Positions 1 through 12,399 of a DNA stretch of 64,000 nt are shown in pieces. Below the pieces are notes generated by a model. That model was not told where the DNA came from and did not search any database. It saw only the letters and a program-made list of their open reading frames with translations. This DNA is from Leptogorgia sarmentosa (Eukaryota): the NCBI GenBank assembly GCA_964658305.1, contig OZ210885.1:21390001-21454000 (forward strand), given 5' to 3'. The position numbers and the translations under genes were made by a program. Each line of letters begins with the position of its first letter. Position 1 is the stretch's first letter.

Positions 1-2
1 AT

Positions 3-1316
3 GCTATTTTTACTGCAACTGCAACCAGAATGACAAAGCTGACCTTATTTGACATGTTGAGTTTGACACCACAAGACACATTCTGTGTGGAGAAGTCACC
101 TGCAAGGAGCAACATTTGTTATGTCTTCTCTTACATAGATAAGAACCTTGAACTTGAAACTGTTTTCAAAGATCTAATTATTGAACTTAAACAATACAAA
201 CATAAAAGCAGACGAACAATAATTTTTTGTCAAACAAGGAAACAATGTTCTGTTCTTTACCGGATGTTTTGCCTGGCATTGGGAAACGATTTGTTGATAC
301 CTGGAAGGAAAGACCCAAAGCTGCGGATAATTGACATGTTTCATGCTGGAAGCCCAAATTCAGTCAAGGAACATGTTATAAAGGAAATGGGTCTTGTGGG
401 AAGTCATTTGTGGATCATTATCTGCACGATAGCTTTTGGCATGGGAATCAATTGCAAAGATACATATCGTAGCATTCATTTTGGCCCACCCAAGAATGTA
501 GAATTTTTTGTACAGGAATCAGGCAGAATTGGTCGAGATGGTAAACAGTGTATTTCCTATGTTCTACATAATGGACTATTAAGTAGCCAATGTAACAGCC
601 AAATGAAGCAGCTGATTCACACCGAATCATGTCGACGAGAGTACATTTCGAACATCTTCTCTGTGCCTGAGAATGGACCGATTGGTAAGAACTGCCTATG
701 TTGTGACAATTGTGCTTTGCTTTGCCACTGTGAGAACATGCTGGAGAAAATAGATTTCGGGAAGAATGCTGCTCAAACACCCAGTAGAAATGTTGGCATA
801 AAAACGCGACCAGTTTCTGATGCCCAACGACAGGAACTGCATCAAAAGCTATTGGCCTATCGACGAAGCTTACTTCCAAAAAATGTGATGGAATTCATGC
901 CAGTTGGTCCACCCAATGTGTTATTCGAGTTTAGCCAGTTTCAAATTGAACAGGTTTTGAACAATTGTCATCACTTGTTTACCAGCACTAACATATTGGA
1001 ACATGTTGAGATTTGGCGACGAGTACATGCAGAAAATATTTGTCTTGTACTCCATGAAACATTTGGGGACATGGAAGAAGATATTGATGATCTGGTGTTA
1101 GAGGAAGAATTTCAAGAGTGTGAAATTATTAATGAAGATTGGGAAGTACTGAGGGATGACTCAGTTTTAAATTATATGGAGGACACTCTGATTAGTAACT
1201 TTAGTAACCTGGAAACATCAGTGGAAAATACTTTGGCAGAGTCTGCAACTAGTGAACATAACAGTGGTATTTTTGTTACATTAGCCAGTGCTGCAGGAAT
1301 ACAAACAGCTGAATGA
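3..1316 (+). CDS. RecQ-like SF2 helicase, C-terminal half (AcademH accessory gene; 5'-truncated by the window edge)
   Basis: Motifs TATAT (III), TIIFCQTR (IV), CTIAFGMGIN (V) and QESGRIGRDG (VI), the RecQ Zn-binding CRR...CCDNC, and an acidic tail. Confidence 0.88.
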   Translation, partial: AIFTATATRMTKLTLFDMLSLTPQDTFCVEKSPARSNICYVFSYIDKNLELETVFKDLIIELKQYKHKSRRTIIFCQTRKQCSVLYRMFCLALGNDLLIPGRKDPKLRIIDMFHAGSPNSVKEHVIKEMGLVGSHLWIIICTIAFGMGINCKDTYRSIHFGPPKNVEFFVQESGRIGRDGKQCISYVLHNGLLSSQCNSQMKQLIHTESCRREYISNIFSVPENGPIGKNCLCCDNCALLCHCENMLEKIDFGKNAAQTPSRNVGIKTRPVSDAQRQELHQKLLAYRRSLLPKNVMEFMPVGPPNVLFEFSQFQIEQVLNNCHHLFTSTNILEHVEIWRRVHAENICLVLHETFGDMEEDIDDLVLEEEFQECEIINEDWEVLRDDSVLNYMEDTLISNFSNLETSVENTLAESATSEHNSGIFVTLASAAGIQTAE

Positions 1317-1609
1317 ATGGTGATTATTGTAATTAACTTGGCATTTTTTGTGTGTATTTATATTATACAGTAATTATGATTATGTACAGTGCTGAAATAA
1401 AAACTACATTATAACCAGTACTTTTATCCTTTAATTAAGGTGACAACAACACCTTTGTCAAATACTACGTTTAGTGCAGGAGTAAGCAGGGAAGAGTAGC
1501 AAAACAATTATGTGAAGACTTATATTCAGATGGTACCTAAATATTAACTATAATGCACAAAAGGGATGAGCAAGTTACTGGAATGTTTGAAAAATTAACA
1601 CTGGACTAC

Positions 1610-4600
1610 TCAACGAGGGCACTTGTTCAAGTAAACATGCTTTTTGTGTTCATTTACCCATTTAAACATTTCAGATATGCTGAAATCTTCCAGTAAGCTG
1701 GCCTTCATATTTGTGAAGTGTTTATATGTCCTGCCATTGGTAAATTCAAAGGCCTTGCTTTCAACCAGATTCTGCACTACTTTAACAAGATCATTTCTTC
1801 TAGACTGCCGGACATGCTTGCCAGACCTTTTTGTGACATAACACATCTCATCATAGTTGTTGAGTAGTTGTTTGTTCATTGTCAAAACTTTGCAGTGACG
1901 ATCTAAGGCTTTCTGACTTATTGCATTTGCACCAAGTTTCTTCATCAATGTCTTTATTATCCTGTTGAAATGCTCCAGTGCAAGGTCAAGAGGGATGTTA
2001 CCTCCTACATTGCATTTTGATTTTAAGAATCTGTTCCAAATGAGCCTGTGGGCTGCACGTGGGCTTAATAATGCATTGATTTGACATTGCAAATAGAGGG
2101 CCTCCAAAGAATATTTCCTACTACTTGCACCATGTTGCTTCAGAAACAGCAGCATGAATTTCCAGCATCTCACGACCCTCGCACCATCACCTTCCGAAAT
2201 TGCATCAAAGAAATTTTTGACCAGGACTGCAATTTCTAAGAAACTTGATTGTTAGTAGAACATGTCATCTCGTTTCATAATTCTCTTGTGGTTGTTTGCA
2301 TAGTGCGAAACTGGTACAGGTGGCAAACCATGGGAGGCTTCATGGTCGCTCTTCCTTTTACCATCATGCCTGTAGGTCTTTCCACACCCAGGAAACCGGC
2401 ACTTAAATCTGGTGCTACAATCTGATTTTTTTTTCTTTATCTCTTCACTTTCAGCTGCGTATACCTTATCCAGTAGCAATGTAATCTTCTCAGAACTAAG
2501 AATGTACTTATTGACCACTTTCCCAGCAAGGGATTTTAAGAACTGCCTCTTGTCATCTTTTGATGCAGCTTTCAGGTTGGGAGGAATGATATCAGATGAA
2601 GGCTCTTGACTTATGTCTTCAATACCCAACTCATTCATACCAGCAGCAACAATTCTGGCATCTGTTTCCAACAAAACAAAACTTTTGGTGGCATTGACAT
2701 TCTTACTGACATCTACTGCGATGTTTCTTTGGTTTATCAAATTACGATCGCAGAACAATGTACACTGGTCATTGGGTGCATTTGGGTGGTAGAAATGACT
2801 GAATATCACCTAGAGTGAAATAGATGTTGTAAATAAATGCATATTTTGTTTTTTATGCTACTAGTTGTATGTCACGAATACACCATTAGCAGAGTGTAGT
2901 ATATACATGACCAGAATGTTGTACTACATATGCATGATAGACATGACAAAATAATAATAATATAATAATATATTATTATTATTATTATTATACTTTACAT
3001 ACATCTAGGAACTTCATTCCTCCATGAAAGTCAGCAACTTCAAAATGAATTCCTTCATTACGCTCTTCAGGGGTAAAGCCATTTGAGACCTCCATTAAAC
3101 TGCTGACACCACGCTCAACAGTAAGTTGGTCCCCAACAATAGCTTGTTCTCCACAAGTGTCTTCATTTCCATCAAAATACGATGGGACATACTGCTGAAT
3201 GTGATTGAGGATTTTACGAAATCCATCAGAATCATTCTCGCTTTCATACAATACACCCAGGAATGTCTAAATAATTAATACATAAGTGGCATTCAACCAT
3301 AGTGCTCCAGAGAATGATCAATAGAGGAGCCTTGGAAATTTTAGTCCTGTATAGCATAGTGATAATACAAAAAATTAGTACATGCGGGTGGGTTTATACA
3401 TGGGGGTTTTATATTTTGGGGGCGTCAGTCAGTGTAGAATGCAGACTGCAGACTGAGGTAAATGTTGCAAATGAAACCCTGTACCACAACATATTTTACA
3501 TTAAAATAAGCACCCAATTGAATTACTTTTAGGGTTAGGGTTTCTTTTGGAACAAGCTTAATCATTTATCTGCATTTTACCCTCAGACAGCAGTCTGTGT
3601 TTTACACTGACTGGGGGTGGGGTACATTATTTTTCCTATGGTATACAGTACTGTACAATGCACTTGCTTACCGTTTCTGTTTGTTGCTTCATGACTTTTG
3701 AATATTGGTGTGGTATATGAAAAACCGTAACATCACTTAGGAATTCTAAACAAGGCAACTCTTGGGTGAGAACTCTTGCCACAAGATCAACGTAGTTATC
3801 ATGTTGTAGCTTATGTTCATGTTTGTTTGGACAGCATTTTCCATTCTCCATGTCCATCAAATTGCATATGGGTTTGTCGTCAGTCAAATGATTGCCACTC
3901 ACACGATTCTCTGTTGCCATTAAACTGCAGAAGTGTGCATCAGGATTTTAGTGTTGTTCGGTCATATCATGGGTGACCTGGTGAATGTCCACATTATCTA
4001 AAACTAATTTTCTACCACTGTCGGCTGGCGATGTTTTATTCTTCAAGACACCATTGGTGTCAGGTTGCAAAGTGCAGATTATGGATTCTGTTGACTCTGG
4101 AACACCTTCTTGAACATCAATAGTCTCAGCAGCTTTTCTGTTGGGAAATACCAAGACCTTTTTAGCTGTGGATGGTGTCTGATCCATATCCAGGTTATCA
4201 CATTTCATTATCTGGGCAAGTGAATCAAACAGCTTCTTTCTGTTGTTAGCAGATGGCTGCTTCTCTTGCATGTTAACAGAACTGCCACTTTCAACTGCAC
4301 CTTTTAATGGGATAGGGGTTTCAGCATCAGGTGGCACTTGTTGAAGCTTAGGCTTTTTCTTTCTATTTGCTTCATTTGACACCTTTTTCAAGATTTCCTG
4401 GTCATGGCCCTCTCCAAATTGATCCATTTTTTTGTGTAAATATGTAATGGAAGGCATCAAACAGAGAGCTTGCATTCTTTTGATTCCATTCTAAGCAAGA
4501 ATAATAATAAGCATGAATCACAAAAATGATGTCACCAACAACATTCTGTGAAGTATCTACTGCTGTATACCACTCAGTCTTTCTTTTGTCCCTTCCCATA

Positions 4601-6213
4601 TGTCAAACTGTTTCTCGATCACAATAGAAATAACATGACAACAGTAGTTTAGTTTTACCCAATCATTTCACATACTGCATACTTGGCAAAGAAGCAAATG
4701 TGACTTTCTAACTGAGACTAAATTACAGTTTCATGTTTATTACTACCTATAAGGACATAATAATTGTATGAAATCTTATTAAAGAGATTCAGCAGAACAA
4801 AATGTACTTACTGTAAAGCCAGAGACTTGAGTAATAATTGCCAAGATCAGTTGCAATGCGGTCATGTTCCTGGATCGATTCTTAAGGCAAACTGCTGCTG
4901 CTACGCAGACACACTGCAAGGATCTTTTACTTTTATCCTCAGCTCGAAGTGACGCGGTTTTCAATACAAGTCGGAGAAGTGGGGCCCTTTCTTGCAATTC
5001 GTTGTCAACTTTTTCAAATGAAAAATTAGCAATGTTCTCCTTGTCAGTTTTCCGTAAACAGCTTTCCTCTTGGACTTTGACATTCTTCTTTGATTTACCC
5101 TTGCACATCAAACTACATTCACTGTGTATTTGCCTTGCAATTTCTTCCAGGAAATGTTGTTGCAGTTTCTTACATCTCCAAGCTGCCCTAGCAATTTGTT
5201 TAAAGGTCCCTCGACAAAGCATCTTACCAAGTGACGATAAGTCCTTATCTAACACCTTTTCTCTGACTTTAGAGGGCCAGTGTATTTGTACAACAACCTT
5301 ACAGGGATCTTCTCTTGTATGGGTCTCTGAACCACCAGTTTTCATGGGTGAAATATTGCTCAGGGATGGTAAAACAGTTCCTTATACAGAGTCTTTTTGC
5401 CTTTGGGCATATGGCGATGATGTCATTAATGGCAGTGGAGTCATGACATGTACACTTAATGGTGGAGCAGCTACAGATCTGTAAAAATGGGGTGACAATA
5501 TACATTCAGTTGATGATGTGTGTATATTTGGATGCAACACATTAGTGTAAACTGGCTGCAACCAGTTTATCAGATACTTTATGAAGCCAATTACTCTGCA
5601 CTCAAATCAAAATTGCTAAAGTAAGTCAGTTCAAAGCATTGTGCCTGCTTCACTGTCCCAGCCCTGGCTAGGATTTCACCCTGGCTAGGATTTCACCCTG
5701 GCTGTTGATGTATTGAAAAAAGTGGAATAACTTGAAGACTTTAGACACTGATCCGAATAATATCGACTACCTATAAATTATTTTTATATGAAAATTAACA
5801 TAATATAGTTATACTAAATAGTTATACTGAGTCATACTTATACTGCCTTTAGTACAGTATTTATCAGTGAAGACCCAAATATATACCTACTTGTTGTTTA
5901 TCTCTTCATAACCTATTTTCCTCGACACTGCAGGTCTTTCATTTGACGGATACAAAGGTGGTCCTCGTACTGCTTTAATAGTAGCATCTAGTTGCTCAAG
6001 CTTTTCGCGAAATCCCTTTCTCTTTCTGACAAGGGTCACACATGATTTGCATATACACTTCTGGTCTGAAATGAATGTCACAGGAACACTTTCCAACTCT
6101 GTTTTTATCCCCTCGTTTATGTAGTTGATATCGCTTTTTGTGGAAGGTACTTTACAACACGAAGTACACGTAAGGTTAACAAAAGAATTGGTTAAATTCG
6201 ACGGACAACTCAT
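1610..6213 (-). pseudogene. AcademH (DUF6589-like) DDE transposase, about 5 exons, nonsense-mutated
   Basis: GT-AG exons at about 6213-5891, 5478-4812, 4490-3672, 3266-3001 and 2809-1610. Motifs DNVD, GDQLTVER, DFH and NIPLDLALEH, with an embedded C2H2 finger (CRFPGC...HEASH). In-frame stops near 5383, 3948 and 2252. Confidence 0.8.
3426..3613. mobile_element. Small MITE-like insertion in a transposase intron
   Basis: Imperfect terminal inverted repeats CAGTCAGTGTA...TACACTGACTG. Confidence 0.5.
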
Positions 6214-6626
6214 CTTGCGAGAGCCTCTACATCTTCAGGGGCCGGCCATAATTGACAACAACGCGCGCTTCGGCCTTCGTTGCGCGTAATAAATTTTGCA
6301 TAACGCAGTATAATCAAGTATAATGTATGCAAAAGCGTAAACGGATGTGACGCATGCGGGGGCAAGCTATTTGAGCAAGTTGCATAGCCCTACGAGGAAA
6401 CGAGATATGGTCTATGACGTAGGCTAGAAAACACCTAGAAGGAGAAGCTAACAAGCTTAACGAGCATGGAGAAAACGCCGAGATGCGTAACTCAAGTGTT
6501 GTAGGCACAGCAATTTTCCGTCTCGTAAACGGTCGTAGCCAACATGAACAGTCGATGCCAACCTAATATCCCTGAGTTTCCCTGTATGTACCCATTGTAT
6601 CATTATTATCGTAATACTGCATTAAA

Positions 6627-7758
6627 ATGGCGGAAAAGAAATCAATTAAAAAACCAAGTGGTTGGAATGTGTTTTATCAAAGTGTTGCGGTAAGTTAAAG
6701 CTTTTAGACGAATACTGTATACTTTTTAAAATGTAAAATAAAGCCAGCGAAAAGTTTTAATTTGTGAGTGAAATAAAACCTTCTTTTGATAGGTTAATTT
6801 AAATAACAAATTAGTTACATTTTGAAATCATGCATAACACTAATAATTTATTCATTGAATTACATGCATATGTTGGTATTTTAGTACTACAAAGTGGGAG
6901 TGTTGGCATTGCTTTAAATAAGTTACACATAGAATAGTGCTTTAGTCTAACTGTAATTTAATACAATTATTTTTTAAAAATTTCTCTATACAGCCAGCTA
7001 TTAAGAAAAAATTAGACAATGACTCTGACATTGGAAAGGTTTGCACTGTTGCATCAAAAATGTGGAGGGAGATTGGAGGAGAAAGAAGAAAGGTTTGTCC
7101 TTTACAAAAAAGTAGCTGTAAATTTATTTTAAATTAACTACTGAGTTACTTACTACTGATTTAATTACTGAGTTTTATAAGCTTGAGTACATTCCATTAT
7201 TTTAAATAGTACTTAAGGTGGCTAACAAGTTAATGACGAAGGTTTTATTTTATGCATGAATAGGGGCAGGAGCTAGTTACAAAGTTACAATTATCCTCAT
7301 CATATGACGTATATTGAATAACTGAAAATAACACTTGTTATTTCTCCCTAATTAACATTTTTATGGATGCATGCCTCATCTAGGATTGGAAACAGGAAGC
7401 CCAGCAGAAACGCGAGGACTTGGACACAGGGTTGGTGGATGAAAAACAAACGTGCAGTAACTGCAACAGGATATTTAGTCTGGAAAAGGATTACCGTTAT
7501 CACAAGAAGGGCTGTCAACCTGATACTTGTAGAGAGTGTGGCCAGTGTTTTCCAAATCAACATGCACTAAACACTCATATTGCTAAGGTCCATACACAAA
7601 CATTCAAATGTGGTACTTGCAACAAGAATTTTGCGAACAAGCGGAACCTGAAGAGGCATGAAGTTGTGCACACAGATTCAAAAATTCAGTGTGAAATGTG
7701 CAACTCTAAATTTAGCACAAAAAGTAGTATGCAACGGCACATGAAACAGCAACACTGA
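6627..7758 (+). CDS. HMG-box plus four C2H2/C2HC zinc-finger protein (about 178 aa, 3 exons), accessory gene of the MULE
   Basis: Exons 6627-6689, 6994-7092 and 7384-7758 join in phase 0 through GT-AG introns. They give KKPSGWNVFYQSVAPAIKKKL...VASKMWREIGGERRKDWKQEAQQKRE (HMG-box pattern) followed by four fingers. Confidence 0.8.
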
Positions 7759-8286
7759 CCTTTTAAGCTGTTCCTAACATTTAATGTATGATTTACATTA
7801 GCTAACATTTTTAGTTTCTGTTAATATTTTAGGTAAGGTTTACATTGTATTGCTGGGAGAGTAGTTGGGTTTGCTTTCTTGAGTCAGTAACTCAAGGACA
7901 ACAAAGTAGAAATCAGCTTAATACAGGATGGGGCTGCATAGCTTTAAAATATGAATTTACTGATTTCCTTGTCATGAAACAAATTAAATATAAGGTACTG
8001 TGAAGACTGTTCAGGGCATATTTCCTGTGAGACAAAGCTTCTTTGGTTTGTTGCCAAGATAAGTATGTAAATGCGATATGTAAGTAAGAGTTATTTACAT
8101 CATCTAATTGCAAGTGTATATAACACAAGTCAATTTATATAAAATTCCAAAGGCTGGTTCATCTAGATTGTGTCATGGGAGAAAATGCTCTGAACGGGCT
8201 TTACCCTCTAAGTTTTAAAATGCTGTTTTCACTACTTTTAAGGTGAAGTAAATACTCAACAGCACACGTCGCCAGTGTAGGTAGCG

Positions 8287-8441
8287 CTTCAGAATACGGA
8301 ACAGCAGCAACGATATACTCACTACCTAAACGATAAAACAAATCCTACTAATTCCCGATGAAAACCCTTCGGTCGAAACGTCGAATTTGTTTTATCGTTT
8401 AGGTAGTGAGTATATCCTTGCTGCTGTTCGGTATTCTGAAG
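8287..8441. repeat. Fold-back inverted repeat (about 57-bp arms), probable Penelope-like element remnant
   Basis: 8287-8343 is the near-perfect reverse complement of 8385-8441, and the loop holds a hammerhead-like core. Confidence 0.7.
8350..8387 (+). ncRNA. Degenerate minimal type I hammerhead ribozyme motif
   Basis: AATTC-CCGATGA-AA-ACC-CTTC-GGT-C-GAAAC-GTC-GAATT. This gives stem I AATTC/GAATT, a CUGAUGA-like core with one substitution, stem II, GAAA and a palindromic ACGT stem III. Confidence 0.5.
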
Positions 8442-8469
8442 TTAATACTTGCTTTTAACAATGAACATT

Positions 8470-11400
8470 GTTTTGTTAAATATATAAAGTTTTGGATTCT
8501 GTAGTACATACATGTTCAGTTGGTTACTTCAGTCAAATTGTTTACTTTGTTTTTGACCTCATAACATGTGATCCAGATTTTTTAGCTATATTTACATTTT
8601 GCCGAACAGATTTTGCAAAACTATGTTGTCGCTTTGCTTTCTTAGATGGTATCTCCATTGCTGAAAAAGTTACTGGTCGACCTTTCCTAACAACTTGATG
8701 ACTCCCATTTGCATGTTTCCGTTTTCGATTGGGTTGGACCTTGATTTTTTTACCATTCTTTCCTTTTCTAAGTTCATTTGCGCCAAATTAAAGAGAGCTG
8801 ATGTCAAATTTCCATGCATTGAAGAAGCAAGCCTTTTCACTCTCTTTGCAAACTGTAACATACCCTTAGCTAAGTTTTTGTCTTAGCTAGATTCTAATTT
8901 GGCACAAATTAAATTGCATGCTTCTGTAACGGCTAACTCTGCCGCATTGTGATGAATTGTGTTTTCAGATGCACTGTCCTGTGACGTGGTTATTTCACAA
9001 TCTTGTGTTTCCAAAGTATTTGGTACACCTATTGTGGTTGTAGTAACTGACATAGTCTTCTCTGGCTCTGCTGGATTGGTATCCCTTAGTGAAGTGTAAT
9101 AGTTCATTGGTAATGCATCTCCAATGGCAACGTGAACTAGTTTTTGTCTTTCTTCAGGGTTGTCAACTGGAACAAAATTCAAACAATTCGCTCTCTTTGC
9201 AGCCCACAGCATGTACTGGTGTTTGCACGGGGAACCGTCATTTCCAACTTCACAACTGCATGTCCCAATAGTCATATCTACAGTGTAACTAGACAGAATA
9301 GATAAATAGAGTTTATTAGCATTACATTTGCATCAAGATGATCAATAATCTTGAACATCTATACTATAGAACAACAAAAATACTTTAGCAATTACTACAA
9401 AGGGTACATAAAAAATATAAGTTAAGAATTGAAAAAAATATTTCGATACATATTATTAAGGTTATAATCTAAAAATTTTGACTTCCTTACTTTTTACTAT
9501 AAGATTGTATTACGGTCAAAAAATGTGGAATTGTTACTTCAATTACAGAACAAATGATTGAAATTTAAAAGGCGTACAAAAAACTGTTACAGGTTTACGA
9601 CAGCAGGTTTTTGACGTACATAGTAAACTTAAAATGGGATCATAACTTGGGGTTCAAAATTAGGGGTGCAATAAGTTAAACATTTTGCCTGACACAAATG
9701 GACATGGTCACTTCTGTAAGTTTCATCGTAATATCTCAAAAGATAAAGATACTAGGATTGGTTGAATACCATACATGACCCAAAAATAAAAACCCTAGGA
9801 TGCCACCTTAAATTACTTTAAAGGGAAAATATTTGCCATTTTGAAACGTCATTGTTGCCATAGCAGCGATAGTTACGTAAACTTTTTCAAAATTTCTAAC
9901 TCTCCAGACAATGTCACGAGTAGTTAAGTTGTTGTCCAAAAATACAGATCAAATCTCCATATTTAACCAGTATTAAAAAAAATGCACCTTAATCTGAAGT
10001 ACCATAATTACTCAAATAAACGTCGCCCTCAAATAAATGCCGCAGGGACAAAAAAAAAATATTTAAAAGTGCCCTGGAATAAACGCCACATTTTTCTAAA
10101 TTGATGTGGCATTTATTCGAAGCATTCATAACTAAGCATTTCAAGTACTTACCTTTAAAAAAGTAAGACAGCATTAAACCTATAGCCCGTTTTCCACTTG
10201 GCAACGATTTTTCACGCTAACAAGCAAATAGCAAATGTGATTGGGTGGTCATGATGTCGTCAGTGTTTGTCGCCAGCCAATCAAGTTCACTTTCAGCGCG
10301 AAAAAATTTGCCTAGTGGAAAACAGGATTAAAGCAGTCTTGAATATTTATTCTCCTCGATTTTATTCTTAGTTTTTAGGTTGAGTGTTACTGTGATCATA
10401 GCAATTGTATCACAAAATGCAGTATTCCACTATAAATAACTTTGAACAATATTAAGAAAAATATACCATTAACAATTTAACTTACCGTTTGCTGTCTTGT
10501 GATACACTGCTAACTTCAAAAATTCCATTTGGAAATTCCTGAACTGTCTCCAGGAATCTCTTCTGAACATCTTCAGAAGGCACTTTGAATCCCTGGGCTC
10601 CATCACTCTTTTGCTTTTGTTTGCCCAGGAAGCGTCTCCTAAAGTGGCCATCAAAACTTCCGTCTACAACTGAGAGGAGCTTGTCCTTATAATGATTTTC
10701 TAGATCAACAGTAAGCCTATCAAAAAGTGCTACCAAGTTGTACTCTTTTACCCTTCCAAGAATCACGTCTTTTAGTACTAAGAACTGTGACTCAACAAAA
10801 TTGTTTGTTTGGTTACCTCTTACGAGTAAAGAAGTCCTGAAACAAAGAGCAAATGACTTCCTTTCCTGGTACAAGCCTTCAAAATAGTTAAAAGCTTGAG
10901 GATATATTTCATCCATCTCATCAAGAAGCTCTCCATAAGTTTCTTCAAATATTTCTTCAGACTTAGCATACAGAGCTTTCTTAAATAGGCCCAATATTTC
11001 AGGTCTGGCATTTTGTCTGATTTGATGATTCTTATCCAGCAACCATCGCCATGCTTGCTGAAGAATATGAAAAATACAAAGCAACAATATAGCAGATGGC
11101 CACACACATTTCAATGCATTTCTCTCCTCTTGGCAATTGTCAGTTAACATGATTTTTGCACCCACTGTTGGCCCATTACCATAGAATGCATAGTCTGGGA
11201 GACAGTTCTGCAGCATAGTAAACCCTTTGATTAAAGTGCTTTCTTTCTCATCACTGGTAATTAGGAGACCACAAGGCAATGCTCCTGCAACACTGTGAGT
11301 GCACAACAAAAAAATTTTCAAATTGTGTGCTTCAGTGTTAGAGGTTGAGTCAACAAATACAAGTTCTCCAGACTGCTCAATATGTTTGTGGATGCGTTTC

Positions 11401-12278
11401 ATAAGAGGTGTGACCACACTAACAATAAGCGGAGTTGTTTCACCAGCATATAACTGGAAGTCAATGGTTGCTTCTGGATTGCTTTGCTGATACTCGGAAA
11501 GCTTTTCAGCAAGCTTTACAAACATTTCTTCCTGATGACCACCAAAATTTTCTTTGGTAAATTTTCTGTATAAATGACCAAAATCACGTCTTCTAGGCAT
11601 TATAGAACGGTCTGCCTTTTTCATGTGGAATGTAACTTCATCATCACAAGATGCTCTGAGATCTTTCATAAATTGATGACGTGCACTAGATGATGTGTGA
11701 CCTGCTTCATATAATTTATTCACTTTCTCTATACATTCTGGTGATAAATCTTTATAGTTTGAGGATTCTAGAGAGGAAATTGAATGATTGTGCTCCCAAT
11801 CGATATCAATTGTGCACACCTGACTGGTATTTATTTTTACCACCATCTGAAATGGGCAGTTTGTGTTTTTTACCCTTGCTGTTGGATTAGTTTTAAGTTT
11901 TCTTTGAGGATCTTTAGAAGGGCTCCATTTTCTCGTGTTATGATGGCATCTGTAATAGTTTTGAATTAAAAATCCCTTTGTTGGTTTCTTTGCCATTTTT
12001 ATCTTTAAACAAACATCATTCATGGCCTGAAACTCCACAAGCCATCCATTTACATTCTCGGTTGTTATATTTGAAGTCGCAACTCTTAATTCAAACTTCT
12101 CCTCTGAACCGTCTAAGATTTCTACTTTGTAGTCAAAATCTTCGGGAAGTTTTTCAAGAACATTCGCTTCCAAATCACCTTTTTCTGGCAAGTTATCACA
12201 TCAATAACGATTTTCAACTTTGTCCAAAGCCGAATTTATGAGTGCATCGAGATTGAAATCTACTTGTTTATCCGCCAT
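8470..12278 (-). pseudogene. MULE DDE transposase with SWIM zinc finger
   Basis: Exon 12278-10486 carries FVDSTS, MLTDNC, LLCIFH and TNNFVES. It splices to an exon starting at 9288 (YTVDMTIGTCSCEVGNDGSPCKH, SWIM). Premature TGA at codon 26, a stop at 8883 and a frameshift in the tail; the 3' end is approximate. Confidence 0.9.
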
Positions 12279-12399
12279 TTTGAAATTTTGAGGAAAACGT
12301 GTGTATGGGTGTACATAGGGAAACTCAGGGATATTAGGTTGGCATCGACTGTTCATGTTGGCTACGACCGTTTACGAGACGGAAAATTGCGTAGGCACA

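Larger units (their letters stand above)
1..6426. mobile_element. AcademH-type DNA transposon (left part outside the window)
   Basis: A RecQ helicase (+) converges on a DUF6589/Academ-type transposase (-). The terminus ...GACGTAGGCTA at 6416-6426 reads TAGCC on the minus strand, like Academ ends. The sequence immediately after it belongs to a different ORF (IS3EU transposase). Confidence 0.8.
6510..12390. mobile_element. Complete Mutator/MULE DNA transposon with two convergent genes
   Basis: Perfect 74-bp TIRs at 6510-6583 and 12317-12390. The 9-bp TSD GTAGGCACA is at 6501-6509 and 12391-12399. Confidence 0.95.

Noticed and set aside
3..1316. Host WRN/BLM/RECQL gene
   Set aside because: It is intronless here, lacks HRDC or other host domains, and is paired with an Academ transposase.
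9436..9811. TTAA-flanked Kolobok-type MITE in the MULE intron
   Set aside because: The two ends match too poorly to call a TIR.
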